From contig JBFRWF010000106.1 in the NCBI GenBank assembly GCA_051439465.1, positions 1,582-65,581 on the forward strand: DNA of 64,000 nt. Direction: 5' to 3'. This stretch comes from Xenococcaceae cyanobacterium. Its GTDB lineage: Bacteria; Cyanobacteriota; Cyanobacteriia; Cyanobacteriales; JBFRWF01. Position numbers and translations under genes: made by a program. Within the stretch, counting starts at the first letter, position 1. Each line of letters opens with the position of its first letter. Below, piece by piece: positions 1 to 10,471 of the stretch. Under the pieces are notes generated by a model, which saw only the letters and a list, made by a program, of their open reading frames with translations, did no database searches and was not told where the DNA came from.

Positions 1-38
1 GGGTTAGTCATTCTTTAAGATATTTTTAAATGATGGAA

Positions 39-1307
39 TTATCCTTTAAGTGCAACTAGAGCTTCGTACAACTCAGCGTATCGCTGTGCCTGTAGGTCAT
101 TGGAATACTCGGCTTCAGCAACTGTCCGGCATTGCCTACTCATCTCTAGACGCACTTGCGCATCTTCTAGCAACAACTTTACCCCCCGCCCTAGGTCTTC
201 AGTGTTCTTGTATCCTGCCAGATAACCAGTCTTCATATGATGGACTACATCTGCCACGCCACCTGTATCAAAGGATACAGGTGGCGTACCGCAAGCCATG
301 CTTTCCAGGATGCTATTGGGGAAATTCTCGGCTAAGGCTGGATGAAGGAAGACATCTGCTGCTGAGTACACGATTGCCAAAAGTCGATCGCTGTTGGTGA
401 ATCCCAGCCGAATTGTCTGATAGTCTGGGTGCTCAGGCCAAGAATCTGCCTGCACTCCCATGACCACTAATACCAGATTATTGACTCCACTAGCAGCCAC
501 TTTTTCCATCACTAGAGGAACATATTCACCTCCCTTGCGGGTTCCAAACTTGGCTACATGAGCGGCAAATAGTACAACCTTTGCTGTAGGCGCGATATTG
601 AGTGCTTCACGGGCAGTCGGTTTCGGGATCGGATGGAATATCTCTGTGTCAACCCCGTTGGGGATCCTATAGGTAGGAAATTGTCCTAACAGGGGGCTTT
701 CCCGCACCAATTTTTCCATCCAACTGTTAGTTGCCACGAACACCAACCGCGATCTCCTGTAAACTTGCTCTTTCACTTTCCAAAGTAGAGCAGTTGTGTC
801 CTGGCTCAAAGCAGGATAGTCGTTCAGGAGTGGACAGGAACCGCAGCCACTCTTCCAGCGATCGCAGCTGTAAGAATAAACACAATGTCCTGTAAAGGGC
901 CACATATCTGAAAGCCTCCAGACTACAGGTTTTTGACGGCTGATTTTGGGCAAGGCTCGGTAGGTAAAAAAGCCACCGTGAATATTGTAGAGCTGGATAA
1001 GATTGGCAGACTGATACCAAGAGTGACCAGTCAGAGCGAATGATGATGGGTAATACAGATACTGCAAGTTTAGGTGATCGACAACTTGCTGACCAACAAA
1101 GTCGCGGAGGCGCAACCCCAGACGGTGACCGTGAATATAATCAACATCTGGATCGTCAGTTATCTTAGTCCGAACTAGCATCCGCGACTTCAGCCCAAGT
1201 TGCTGTAGTCCAAAATGAATTTTGTATGCCGAACGAGCCGACCCCCCCTGGTTGTCAGAGGGGCTAATATGGAGGATATTAGGAATAGTTTTCAGCTGCC
1301 TGGTCAT
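39..1307 (-). CDS. GT4 family glycosyltransferase (WcaC-like)
   Basis: GGSARSAY N-terminus, LSDMWPFTGHC..C..W...C..C segment, C-terminal ENFPNSILESMACGTP (EX7E) motif. Confidence 0.9.
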   Translation of the reverse strand: MTRQLKTIPNILHISPSDNQGGSARSAYKIHFGLQQLGLKSRMLVRTKITDDPDVDYIHGHRLGLRLRDFVGQQVVDHLNLQYLYYPSSFALTGHSWYQSANLIQLYNIHGGFFTYRALPKISRQKPVVWRLSDMWPFTGHCVYSYSCDRWKSGCGSCPLLNDYPALSQDTTALLWKVKEQVYRRSRLVFVATNSWMEKLVRESPLLGQFPTYRIPNGVDTEIFHPIPKPTAREALNIAPTAKVVLFAAHVAKFGTRKGGEYVPLVMEKVAASGVNNLVLVVMGVQADSWPEHPDYQTIRLGFTNSDRLLAIVYSAADVFLHPALAENFPNSILESMACGTPPVSFDTGGVADVVHHMKTGYLAGYKNTEDLGRGVKLLLEDAQVRLEMSRQCRTVAEAEYSNDLQAQRYAELYEALVALKG

Positions 1308-1341
1308 GTACGCTGTTCATTAAACCCTTAGCATAAAGACT

Positions 1342-1467
1342 TTAGCACAATGATGCCTGTTGAGAGGAAGCAAGTTCCTCAAAGATGCTCTCTAGAGAAC
1401 GGGTTATCTGCCAATCTGGATAATCTTGCTGAAAACGGTTTAGATTGATGATGTAGCAGATGTGATT
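1342..1467 (-). pseudogene. Orphan C-terminal tail of an NAD-dependent epimerase (CDP-paratose 2-epimerase/RfbE-like)
   Basis: Manual translation NHICYIINLNRFQQDYPDWQITRSLESIFEELASSQQASLC* resembles the (G)DHICYIS..YP.W.IT.SL..I C-terminus of this family; no start codon or N-terminal part. Confidence 0.6.
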
Positions 1468-1834
1468 CTGTAGCAAAAATAATCTCTGAGAAACGGCCAG
1501 CACCGCAGCCAGCTTCCAACACCCTCTTTCCTTTCAATTCTTCTGGAGTCCAGCCAGTACCTTAATAAAAGCGATCGCGTGTCAGCGTAGAACCATTAAC
1601 GCTATCCAATTGAACCTGTCGAAAACGATTCCACTCCATCCCAAAATTATCTGCGTAATTGTCACCTTCTACAAAGCGAGGGATAGCGTTGCGGATAGGA
1701 AAGAGTTCTCCGCTAGAAATGTCCTGTAAAGTCCCCTCGAGAATTTTGCTCTTCTCTGATTTCTCTACTGATACTAATTCCAGAGGAGAACCAGTTGTGG
1801 GAGACACATAATCTTGTAAAAATTCTTTCTGCAT
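1468..1834 (-). pseudogene. Trm112-like domain plus class I SAM methyltransferase, with in-frame stop and truncation
   Basis: ORF ends RDRFY* at 1562-1564, but the same frame continues GTGWTPEELKGKRVLEAGCGAGRFSE (SAM motif I), then breaks off at ~1468. Confidence 0.8.
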
Positions 1835-1867
1835 AGCTTTGGCCAATGTTTAATCAGGAAAATTGCC

Positions 1868-3796
1868 CTACGTTAAGTTACGCCAGGAAAAAGTAGGTGG
1901 CTCAACCGCCGATTGTTCTATGAAAACTATATGCCAAAGTTGAAACATCAACAAAGTCCAAACCTGAGCCGTGAAGTCTGCCAGTCCATCCAGATGGGGA
2001 CCGACAAAACAAGTGTAAACCTCTGGGCGCAGTAATCCCTGTTGAGCAATACGTTCTGGCGCCAGCAGCCTCTCGACAAGCGGGCGCAGCTTTCCCCGCA
2101 ACCAGAGTGTATCAGGAATCAGGAATCCACGCTTGCGTGCCTTCAGTAATTTTTCTGGCAATACATGACCTACAGCCTTTTTGAGCAGGTACTTCAGGTC
2201 GTCTGGGTGCGTTCTTACTTCTGGCGGGATGCTCAAGACGCGCTCCACAAAGATATGATCCAAGAAAGGAACCCGTGCTTCTAGTGAGTGAGCCATTGAA
2301 AAGCGGTCTGTCATCAAGAGGAACTCTTCAGGCAACTGAGTTTGCATATCCACATAGGCAACACCATTACGCATCTCACGCGCCCCCGATGCTTCATAGA
2401 GGTGTTGAAGCCAGTCAACAGTATCTACTATATCATCAGCTGCAACCGCCAAAACTTCCTCCCGCTTAGTCACATCATCCAGGTAGAGCAGGTATGAATC
2501 CAAAGGACGGGTAAAGGGGAAAGTGCGGAACTGTTCCACGAGGTACTGTTTGCGCTTAGTTCCAATCAGGTACTCTGGAAGCTTCGCTGCCAGTTGCTTC
2601 AAGTCGTACCGCACTTTATGCTTCAAGCCAGTTGGTCGGTAGTTTGGGAGGCTCTGTTCGTAACGCCGCCACTTGCCGTAACCACCAAATAATTCATCCC
2701 CACCAGTCCCCGTAAGTCCCACTTTAACGTCCTGACTCATAAACTGAAAGACATACCACGATGGCAGACCGCCACCATACGGTTCATCCAGATACCATAC
2801 CATCTGGATGAGGTCTTCTAACAATTCATCAGGACTCAGATACAGTTCGTGATGGTCTGTCCCCCATCGTTTAGCGACCTGTCGCGCTAAGTGCAGTTCA
2901 TCCCATTCAGCCTCATCTGACCCCTGGAAACCCAGGGAATACGTGCGGATTTGCGTTCCGCCCATCTCACTCAGTAAGCCGACAATGGCTGTTGAGTCGA
3001 TGCCGCCAGAAAGGGAGCATCCCACAGGTACATCACTCAACACCCACCGACGTACAGCGGCCCGCAGTTCATCGCAGATAATCTCACTCCACTCTTCAAC
3101 TGTATGTTGCTCAGTTCGGGTGGGATCGGGCTGCCAGTAGCGTGTAATTGTCAGAGATAGCTGTTCGAGGTCGTAGGTGAAGTAGTGTGCTGGTGGTAGT
3201 CTCTGGATTCCGTCAAAGATCGATCCCGGCCCTGGTACATACCGCAAGCTCAGATAGTGATACAAGCTTTGCAGGTTCGGGTTTCGCTTAACAGATGGAA
3301 GCAATAGCAGTGTCTTCAGCTCCGAAGCCAAGGCGAATCGACCAGACTGCTGGGTATAGTAGAGTGGCTTAATTCCGAAGCGATCCCTTGCCCCAAACAA
3401 CCGTTGCCGATTCCGATCGTAGATAACAAAGGCAAACATCCCATTCAGCTGGGCGAGCATCCCCTCGCCTTTTTCTTCATACAGATGCAATAGGCATTCT
3501 GTGTCCGAGTGGGAAGTTTGGAAACGGTAGCCCTTTGTTACCAATTCTGGGCGCAGTTCGGGTGCATTGTAGATTTCCCCATTGAAGACAATCCACACTG
3601 AGCCATCTTCGTTGCTCATGGGTTGGTGTCCTCCTACTAAGTCGATGATACTCAGTCGTCGCATAGCCAGGGCTACACCTGTCTGGGCATCGCGATATTC
3701 GCCGCCATCATCGGGACCGCGATGGTAGAGAGATTGGTTGAGGCGTGTCAGTGATTCTGGTGGCCAATTGCCAGCGAGTCCTACGATGCCGCACAT
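1868..3796 (-). CDS. asnB: Asparagine synthase (glutamine-hydrolysing) family amidotransferase, glycan-locus type
   Basis: MCGI Ntn N-terminus, HRGPD, RLSIIDL, SGGIDS, GGDELFGGY, RVPFLD. Confidence 0.95.
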   Translation of the reverse strand: MCGIVGLAGNWPPESLTRLNQSLYHRGPDDGGEYRDAQTGVALAMRRLSIIDLVGGHQPMSNEDGSVWIVFNGEIYNAPELRPELVTKGYRFQTSHSDTECLLHLYEEKGEGMLAQLNGMFAFVIYDRNRQRLFGARDRFGIKPLYYTQQSGRFALASELKTLLLLPSVKRNPNLQSLYHYLSLRYVPGPGSIFDGIQRLPPAHYFTYDLEQLSLTITRYWQPDPTRTEQHTVEEWSEIICDELRAAVRRWVLSDVPVGCSLSGGIDSTAIVGLLSEMGGTQIRTYSLGFQGSDEAEWDELHLARQVAKRWGTDHHELYLSPDELLEDLIQMVWYLDEPYGGGLPSWYVFQFMSQDVKVGLTGTGGDELFGGYGKWRRYEQSLPNYRPTGLKHKVRYDLKQLAAKLPEYLIGTKRKQYLVEQFRTFPFTRPLDSYLLYLDDVTKREEVLAVAADDIVDTVDWLQHLYEASGAREMRNGVAYVDMQTQLPEEFLLMTDRFSMAHSLEARVPFLDHIFVERVLSIPPEVRTHPDDLKYLLKKAVGHVLPEKLLKARKRGFLIPDTLWLRGKLRPLVERLLAPERIAQQGLLRPEVYTCFVGPHLDGLADFTAQVWTLLMFQLWHIVFIEQSAVEPPTFSWRNLT

Positions 3797-5532
3797 ATCT
3801 CCCTCCTATCACTGATCGCATTTAACTGGAGATAATCAACCTGTTCTGATGTCACCCATTCAGCCAACTCTCGCATATCGGAGGCTGCTGCCAACTGCTC
3901 ATAACTGTCTATATGGGCTACGAGGTTATTATCTAACTGTCCTGCCTCTTGAGGAGGTGTATACACCATCTCAAAACTCCGCATCTGCCACGGGCGCAAC
4001 TTGAACAACGCATAGGCAAAGCGACGCGCCAGTTCAACTTGTTTCTGGGTCATGGGGGAAATGTCCTGGATTTGCGCTAGACGTTGCAGATATTCTTTAG
4101 CACAAGTAGAGTCAATTGTAAAGCCTAAATTTGAATAACGTCCCGTACCTGCGGTTAGCACTGGGACCCCGTAGCAAGCCATTTCAATGCCAATCGTACC
4201 CCGCACTGTGAGGCAGTAGTCAGTAATTTCAAAAAATGAGTAGGTGCTGATATCTGTATCTGGCATAACTAACTTAACATGAGAGGGCAGGGTTCCCACC
4301 TCGCTGCGCATCGCTATAGTATCGCGCAACTCCCCCGTATAGCCTTCATACTTGAGTTTCCAGACCAAATCTGGATGCAGCTTGACTACCCAATTTACCC
4401 TGGGATTGTCGCAAGCAGCACGGACGGTTTGCAGCAGCCAGGTTTCATAGTCATCAAAAATACTTTCTCCATAGAAAAACGTGGCATCCCATAAAACATG
4501 GGAAAAAATCACTGCGGTTTTCTTGGCTGGATCCAGATCCAGTTGCTGTCTGACTGCTTCAGCCGGCTTGATTTGCTTGCCTTGGTGTAAGAATTTGCGA
4601 TTGAACCACGTGCCAGACTTGTAACTCTGAGCAAAGTCTTGCATCAACTCGATTTCCCGCTCTGGTTTCCAATCCATTTGCTTGACTTGTTCCCAGGTGC
4701 TAGCATCCAGAGAAAATGGATGCTGGTGACGATTTTCCAAGGTGAAACGTTTGAGGACAAAGCCATTCTTATCCTGGGAGTTCAAATACTGCACTACAGG
4801 GATGTCCCGCTTCAGGCAGACACCAAATATCTCAGCAGCAGGTGAAAGACCTTTTTCTAACACTAAGGCTATGGCAGGTCGAACTTGCTCGAGCATTCTT
4901 TCAGCCGCCATAATATTTTGCTGGGATTGGAGCAAATCGCTATAAACCTCAGCCAAGATATCGGGTTGAGAAATGTCAAATTTTGCAAATTTGTGGCGAT
5001 AAATTACATTTGATAGCACTAATCGCCCTATATCTACGTTTTGGTAAGTCAGACCCAAGAGGTCGCCCAGTGTTGGCTGGCTATGGATAAATTCAACGAT
5101 CTTGGGATCGGGTATTACAGGCGGTTGGGTGGCTACAAATCTACGGAAATTAAGGAAATTGCGATTGCCGAACAACTTGTGATATTGCCGACTCCAAGTA
5201 CCAGAACCCCAATCAACCAATTGGGGACTAAAATCTTGAAGGCGTAAGGCAAGGGATAGGATCCCCTCAAGTTTTAGCCCCTGTACAGTCTGAAAGCTGG
5301 AAATCATTAAAGCAACTTTATTGGGATTTCCAGGGGGGGCGTCCTGGGCAATCTGCTGGAACTGAGCCTTGCAAGCCTGATAGTCTTTCTTGAGTGTCCG
5401 CCAGCGATCGCGCTCTGAGTTGCTAGTAAACAGTCGCAGTCCTTCTGCTAACGGTCCTGCCAATCCCACTCGCTCTAAGTATGACGCTATGCCCAGTTGT
5501 TTAGCTAGCTGCTTGATTCCGCAGTAAGTCAC
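3781..5532 (-). CDS. Capsule-synthesis (KpsS/GT107-like) domain protein, probable CMP-nonulosonate transferase
   Basis: C-terminal VVKLHP motif and TVRGTIGIEMACYGVPVLTAG segment; directly downstream of the cytidylyltransferase. Confidence 0.6.
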   Translation of the reverse strand: MTYCGIKQLAKQLGIASYLERVGLAGPLAEGLRLFTSNSERDRWRTLKKDYQACKAQFQQIAQDAPPGNPNKVALMISSFQTVQGLKLEGILSLALRLQDFSPQLVDWGSGTWSRQYHKLFGNRNFLNFRRFVATQPPVIPDPKIVEFIHSQPTLGDLLGLTYQNVDIGRLVLSNVIYRHKFAKFDISQPDILAEVYSDLLQSQQNIMAAERMLEQVRPAIALVLEKGLSPAAEIFGVCLKRDIPVVQYLNSQDKNGFVLKRFTLENRHQHPFSLDASTWEQVKQMDWKPEREIELMQDFAQSYKSGTWFNRKFLHQGKQIKPAEAVRQQLDLDPAKKTAVIFSHVLWDATFFYGESIFDDYETWLLQTVRAACDNPRVNWVVKLHPDLVWKLKYEGYTGELRDTIAMRSEVGTLPSHVKLVMPDTDISTYSFFEITDYCLTVRGTIGIEMACYGVPVLTAGTGRYSNLGFTIDSTCAKEYLQRLAQIQDISPMTQKQVELARRFAYALFKLRPWQMRSFEMVYTPPQEAGQLDNNLVAHIDSYEQLAAASDMRELAEWVTSEQVDYLQLNAISDRREICAAS

Positions 5533-5568
5533 AATTCCCTCACTCTTTGCTATTACATATTAAGTAAC

Positions 5569-6288
5569 TTATTTTTGCTCCTCTGCCTGACGACGTTTTA
5601 GCCAAAATTCTGCTAAGGCCAGATCGGAAGCGTCGTCAATATCCACTGAATCAGCCATACTCATCTCCAAGGGACGTACCACTTCACCGTATAGTTTCCC
5701 ACTTTCAAGTACTTCCCGTCGCATAGCTAACACAGCAGGACCATTTCGGGCATAAACTTTTGGCTTATCCTGCCGCCGGAGGATGAGTTGCCCTTCCACC
5801 AAAGGCACAAGTATACCATCCTCTAGACCCATTAAGGAAACAGGGTTAAATTGGTGGGGAACCTCTACCACACTAACCACGGTATCTGCATCTGTTTTCA
5901 GCAAGATGTCCACTGCGGCGTCAATATGTTCTGCACGGCGTAGTGGGGAGGTGGGTTGCAGCAGAACCACTACTTCTGGTTGATAGCCTTCGGTTGCTTG
6001 AAGTGCTCCTAGCAGATGTTGTAGCACATTGAGGATGGGGGTATCGTCTTGGGCTAGGTTAGCTGGGCGCATAAAAGGGATTTCAACTCCACACTGCTGA
6101 CCTACTTCAGCAATTTTCTGGTCATCTGTACTCAAAACAACCCGGGTTAGATGTTGGCTTGCTAGGGCAGCTTCACAAGTGTACGCTAGTAGCGATCTTC
6201 CAGCTAGGGAGACAATGTTCTTATTAGGAATTGCTTTTGAACCTCCGCGTGCCGGGATAACCCCTAGTATATTATTCACAAGAATCAA
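5569..6288 (-). CDS. neuA: Acylneuraminate cytidylyltransferase (CMP-nonulosonate synthetase)
   Basis: IPARGGSKAIPNKN, VLSTDD, LQPTSPLR, SVDIDD. Confidence 0.93.
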   Translation of the reverse strand: MILVNNILGVIPARGGSKAIPNKNIVSLAGRSLLAYTCEAALASQHLTRVVLSTDDQKIAEVGQQCGVEIPFMRPANLAQDDTPILNVLQHLLGALQATEGYQPEVVVLLQPTSPLRRAEHIDAAVDILLKTDADTVVSVVEVPHQFNPVSLMGLEDGILVPLVEGQLILRRQDKPKVYARNGPAVLAMRREVLESGKLYGEVVRPLEMSMADSVDIDDASDLALAEFWLKRRQAEEQK

Positions 6289-7442
6289 TTTTTTTTCAGT
6301 ATTTTCCTGACCAAAGTCCTTGCTAGGTTAGGGACTATTTGAATGGCTCGCAGCCAAGTTTTAGGTTCTAATAACATCAATAAGAATGTCTGGCCTACCT
6401 GTCTCCACTGGCGATGTCTTAGGGAGGACTCAAAACACTCAGGAAGACCTTTGAGACGTTGCTGAGTATCTGCTTGCAAAACCACGCCTAAAGCTCTCTG
6501 AAAGCATCGCTGCGCCTCACTCCCTTCATCCATTTGAGCATAGCACTCCCCCGCTTGAAAGAACAGGCGATGCCTATTAACACGAGTGGGCGAGCGCATT
6601 AAACTGGCCACAGCCTGATTCAGCAGAAGGTCGGCGGCTGAGTAATCATTCTCAGCGATCGCTTTTCTGGCTTGCTCGAGCCAGTCTGCTGGAGACTCAG
6701 CAAGCACAGGGAGTTCTCCAGACTGCGGCATGGGCAACCAAAAGTGAATGGAATTACTTCGCAGCCCCCGTCGTTCGGGATAACCAGCTCGTAACCCCAC
6801 CCGTTCTATATCTGCTTCTACTGCCCCAATTAGAGTGGGCTGAATGTGCTTGCTCTGCGCCCATGTCCATACATATTCGGACTCTGAGGACCGTTCCATT
6901 TGGTCTACAAAAGCAATATCTTGAACGATGACTGGCCCTTCAACGCGGGGAAATACTGTGTTAACGTACCACTCAGCAAACCAATCTTCGTGGCAACTAT
7001 CAATCAGCAGAAAGTTGATAGTTTCCTTTACCGAAGGTACGGTTTCCCTGGCATCGCCAATGTGAATAACAAGACGTTGCTGTTCCCACTGACTACACTG
7101 GTTTCCTCGAATAACTTCTTCAGTGGGCTTGCCCTGCATCCTGGGCAGAAGCTCAAAGGAGTGAAGAGTTCCCTTCCCATTGGCACTCAGAGCGGCAAGT
7201 ATATAGTTACTAGACCAGCCAGCGTTGGGAGAAATTTCAAAGGCAATCTCAGGTTGAGTCTCGCGGATTACCATATACATTATCTCACCTTCCACATCCC
7301 CAAAGGTGGTTCCGTAACCCTGAGATTGCATGATGTGAAACTTTTCTCGCAGATTGCGAGCCACTTGGCACAGTTCATTATCATACTTTTTAGATAATTC
7401 TATGAAATTTAGCTGCCTGGTGCTTGGATATAGTTTTGTCAT
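6285..7442 (-). CDS. Class I SAM methyltransferase (Methyltransf_24-like) with C-terminal helical/TPR-like region
   Basis: FEISPNAGWS, LHSFEL, GDARE, LLIDSCH; helical repeat-like tail. Confidence 0.65.
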   Translation of the reverse strand: MTKLYPSTRQLNFIELSKKYDNELCQVARNLREKFHIMQSQGYGTTFGDVEGEIMYMVIRETQPEIAFEISPNAGWSSNYILAALSANGKGTLHSFELLPRMQGKPTEEVIRGNQCSQWEQQRLVIHIGDARETVPSVKETINFLLIDSCHEDWFAEWYVNTVFPRVEGPVIVQDIAFVDQMERSSESEYVWTWAQSKHIQPTLIGAVEADIERVGLRAGYPERRGLRSNSIHFWLPMPQSGELPVLAESPADWLEQARKAIAENDYSAADLLLNQAVASLMRSPTRVNRHRLFFQAGECYAQMDEGSEAQRCFQRALGVVLQADTQQRLKGLPECFESSLRHRQWRQVGQTFLLMLLEPKTWLRAIQIVPNLARTLVRKILKKN

Positions 7443-7464
7443 CTATAGACCCCGTCACTAGTAA

Positions 7465-8619
7465 TTAATATTTAATTCTTTTCTGAATCTGCACCGAACA
7501 ATTTGCCAAGATGTCCGCAATTCTTTGTCCAGCCTTGCCATCACCGTAGATGGGATCTGGACAATAGCGTCCATTGCTTAGCTGTTGCTTGATAGCTTCT
7601 AGAATCTCCTCGCGATCGCAACCAACGTCAATTAAATTTTTCCCGCGATCGCGTCCTATCTGCCTTGTGCCAATGTTGACTGCTGGCACTCCCAGCAATG
7701 CCCCCTCTCGGATAGCCGCACTGGAGTTTCCTACCATACAGGCACAGTTCTTCATCAGGCGCACGAAAGTTTCCACTGGGAAGTTCTTGTAAAAGCGAAT
7801 GTTGTCATGGCGATAATGTTCACGGAACTTGCGCATTCCTCGTGCCACATCTTCAGAGCCAGCGTCTACATTTGGCCAGAGCATAATTGTGGGCATTTGT
7901 AACTTTTGCAGAGCCATCAGAGTTTCGGTAATCTGATCTTCTCCTTGACCATACTCAGTGGTAACTGGGTGCTGAACTACCAGTAAAAATTTCTCGTCTA
8001 GGTTGATGTGACCGCCGACGCCCTCTTTCTCCAGCCACATCCGATCCGGCAGGTGACCGTTGTTGCGGGCAATTTCAACTACCAAGTCAATTCTGGGACA
8101 GCCTACCACATGAACCGTATCCGGGTCTTCCCCCATGTGGATAATCCGTTGGGCTGCTTGCTGATTAGCGGGAAAGTGGATATGAGCCAGTTTAGTTACG
8201 GCATGGCGGATACTCTCGTCAATAGTACCAGTAATTTCGCCCCCCATCGTGTGAGCGAGGGGTATGTTCGTGTAGACAGCAGCGACGGCTGTTGCCATTG
8301 TCTCAAAGCGATCGCCCACTGTAACCACAATATCCGGCTTCAGCTGGTCAAAGATTGTCGGGAGTTCCAACAATCCCAGTCCAGTAGATTTTGCCATCGT
8401 TATGGGGGTTTCGCCCTCAATAATCATGTGGACTCTCGCATCAGGCTTGAAGCCATCTGCCTCAATTACCTCTACAACAGAGCCAAAACGATCTAGCAAG
8501 GCAGATGCTCCCACTACTAGCTGGAGTTTCAAGTCTGGGTGCGCCTGGATGGCCTGCATGACGCTTTTGATGCTGCTATAGTTGGCGCGAGAGCCGACGA
8601 CTACACAAATTTTTCGCAT
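7465..8619 (-). CDS. neuC: UDP-N-acetylglucosamine 2-epimerase (hydrolysing)
   Basis: GSRANY, GDRFE, GGEITGTIDESIRHAVTKLAHIHF, GNSS, IGTRQ. Confidence 0.93.
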   Translation of the reverse strand: MRKICVVVGSRANYSSIKSVMQAIQAHPDLKLQLVVGASALLDRFGSVVEVIEADGFKPDARVHMIIEGETPITMAKSTGLGLLELPTIFDQLKPDIVVTVGDRFETMATAVAAVYTNIPLAHTMGGEITGTIDESIRHAVTKLAHIHFPANQQAAQRIIHMGEDPDTVHVVGCPRIDLVVEIARNNGHLPDRMWLEKEGVGGHINLDEKFLLVVQHPVTTEYGQGEDQITETLMALQKLQMPTIMLWPNVDAGSEDVARGMRKFREHYRHDNIRFYKNFPVETFVRLMKNCACMVGNSSAAIREGALLGVPAVNIGTRQIGRDRGKNLIDVGCDREEILEAIKQQLSNGRYCPDPIYGDGKAGQRIADILANCSVQIQKRIKY

Positions 8620-9562
8620 TGGGCCTTATCTTCTTAAAAGGTGGGAGGTCTTTCGTATCGAAGCGGGGTAACTCGTAGCGATTATCTGTACCGAATCGAA
8701 CTGAGCGCCGAACTGTGTTGAAAGACACTGAATAGTCGAGCGCTGCCAAGGCAGCGATTGTATCATTGTTGTAGGTATGAGTGTGACCGTAGGGATAGCA
8801 AAAAGGCACTGACTGCTGTCCAGTTAAATCTTGAATCAACTGCACCCCGCGATCTAATTCTGCATGCTGTTCCTCATAGTTCAGGCGCGACAAAACTCGG
8901 TGATTTTTTGTATGTCCGCCAAATATCATACCAGCATCAGCCATCTCGCGAATCCTTTCTGGGGAAAGGTATAGCTCTCTGGCAAATGATGTAGAGTCTC
9001 CGAGGTGATGCTCGAAGAGTTCAGTCAAGACGTAATCAGCAATGGGAAAAGGCAGCTCATAGTTAAGTAGGCGCTTCACATCTAGATTTTTTTGCGCATC
9101 ATAGCGATAGATTCCGACTCGTTCTGAGCGAGCGAGGTTAATATCGTCTGGCAGTTTTTCTAATCTCTGCTGTACTTCTGTAGCAAAGGTATCGGCACCC
9201 AACTTGGCAAGCAGAAAATGGGTTTTATGGACGTTAAGCAATTGAGGATAAGAGCCAATTGTTGAGGTAGCCAAAAAGAATATCCCACTCAATCCTCGTT
9301 CTTTCAGTAAAGGAAATACGGTTTGATAATGGTCAACAAAACCATCATCAAAAGTCAAGAGGGCATAGGAGCCAGCTAAGGAGTTTCCCTCCTGCCGGGC
9401 AGCTTCAAAAGTAGGATAATCAATTATCTGGTATTGCCTCGCCAACCAGTTGAGTTGGGAGATAAAATCATCCACCGCTAATGCTTTTATCTCTGGAAAA
9501 GGCGTTTTCCAGGTATCGCGTACATAGTGGTACATGACTACCGTGCAGGTTGCTTCACTCAT
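8576..9562 (-). CDS. Polysaccharide deacetylase (CE4/NodB)
   Basis: MYHYVR, LTFDDG, GGHTKNH, FCYPYG, LPRFD. Confidence 0.9.
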   Translation of the reverse strand: MSEATCTVVMYHYVRDTWKTPFPEIKALAVDDFISQLNWLARQYQIIDYPTFEAARQEGNSLAGSYALLTFDDGFVDHYQTVFPLLKERGLSGIFFLATSTIGSYPQLLNVHKTHFLLAKLGADTFATEVQQRLEKLPDDINLARSERVGIYRYDAQKNLDVKRLLNYELPFPIADYVLTELFEHHLGDSTSFARELYLSPERIREMADAGMIFGGHTKNHRVLSRLNYEEQHAELDRGVQLIQDLTGQQSVPFCYPYGHTHTYNNDTIAALAALDYSVSFNTVRRSVRFGTDNRYELPRFDTKDLPPFKKIRPNAKNLCSRRLSRQL

Positions 9563-10365
9563 TCTATAGTCTCCAGAGAAACTAACTCTAACTTTGCGTC
9601 TCGTTCGGTCTTATTGTTTAGATATTCTTCAATCATCCCAGTTTCAAAGTTGTGGTATAATTTTTTTACTGCATTAGCGTTGAAGTCTTTACGCTGATAC
9701 AGCTTACCATGCTGGTTTTGCAGTAAACTTTCCACACCTCCTCTGCTATGAGCAAGTGCCGCTTCAGCGAGCATTGCTGCTGCTGCCTGGATGGTCTTAT
9801 TACCGATGTCATGTGCCCCATCACCCACCTCTATCTCCGGTCGCGTATGAGCAATAATTGGCCCAGTATCGATTCCCGCGTCGATGTAGTGAATTGTGGC
9901 ACCAACATACTCAGGTTGCCGATTTACAAGGGGCCAGAAGTTGGTTCCTGCACCCCGATAGTATGGGGACACCCCCAAGTGAATGTTGATAATTTTGCCA
10001 TCAAATGGGGCAATGATTGACTCTTTTAAAATGCCTGTCCCAAAGACTAACACCACATCTGGAGCAAGGTCTACCATGAGGGCTGCTTCTTGCAGATCGT
10101 TAATTTGCCCTGGCTCCAGTTGACGATGCACGGTTTCTGGCTTAAGTCTCAATTCTCTGTGTTCGCTAAAGTAAGCTTCTTCTGAAGCATCGCGCGCTGC
10201 AAAGTGCTCCTCAATGATTTGACGGTCTTCATCGGTTTGAGCATAGCGCTCTGGCCGAAATGATTTTTCTTCTTGCCAAACGCCTACCAAATCAACACGC
10301 ACTCCTAGGTAATTAATAACAAACTGATGGCGAAGGAAGGTGCTGGTTAGCAGTATTGCCCTCAT
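9559..10365 (-). CDS. Formyltransferase family protein
   Basis: INIHLGVSPYYRG, GATIH, DAGIDTGPII (N10-formyl-THF transferase motifs). Confidence 0.85.
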   Translation of the reverse strand: MRAILLTSTFLRHQFVINYLGVRVDLVGVWQEEKSFRPERYAQTDEDRQIIEEHFAARDASEEAYFSEHRELRLKPETVHRQLEPGQINDLQEAALMVDLAPDVVLVFGTGILKESIIAPFDGKIINIHLGVSPYYRGAGTNFWPLVNRQPEYVGATIHYIDAGIDTGPIIAHTRPEIEVGDGAHDIGNKTIQAAAAMLAEAALAHSRGGVESLLQNQHGKLYQRKDFNANAVKKLYHNFETGMIEEYLNNKTERDAKLELVSLETIE

Positions 10366-10471
10366 AAAAAGAAATCCAGATTCGATATTATATCTTGAAA
10401 TTATTCCCAGTCATAGTCTATTGAGCTTGTGGCTGCTTCGAGGAGGAAGTAATCACCCCAGACGCCTGACA

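Noticed and set aside
1868-3796. asnB copies as lasso-peptide cyclases or housekeeping asparagine synthesis
   Set aside because: Both keep the N-terminal Cys glutaminase domain, no B1/B2 or convincing precursor genes are nearby, and the context fits glycan amidation
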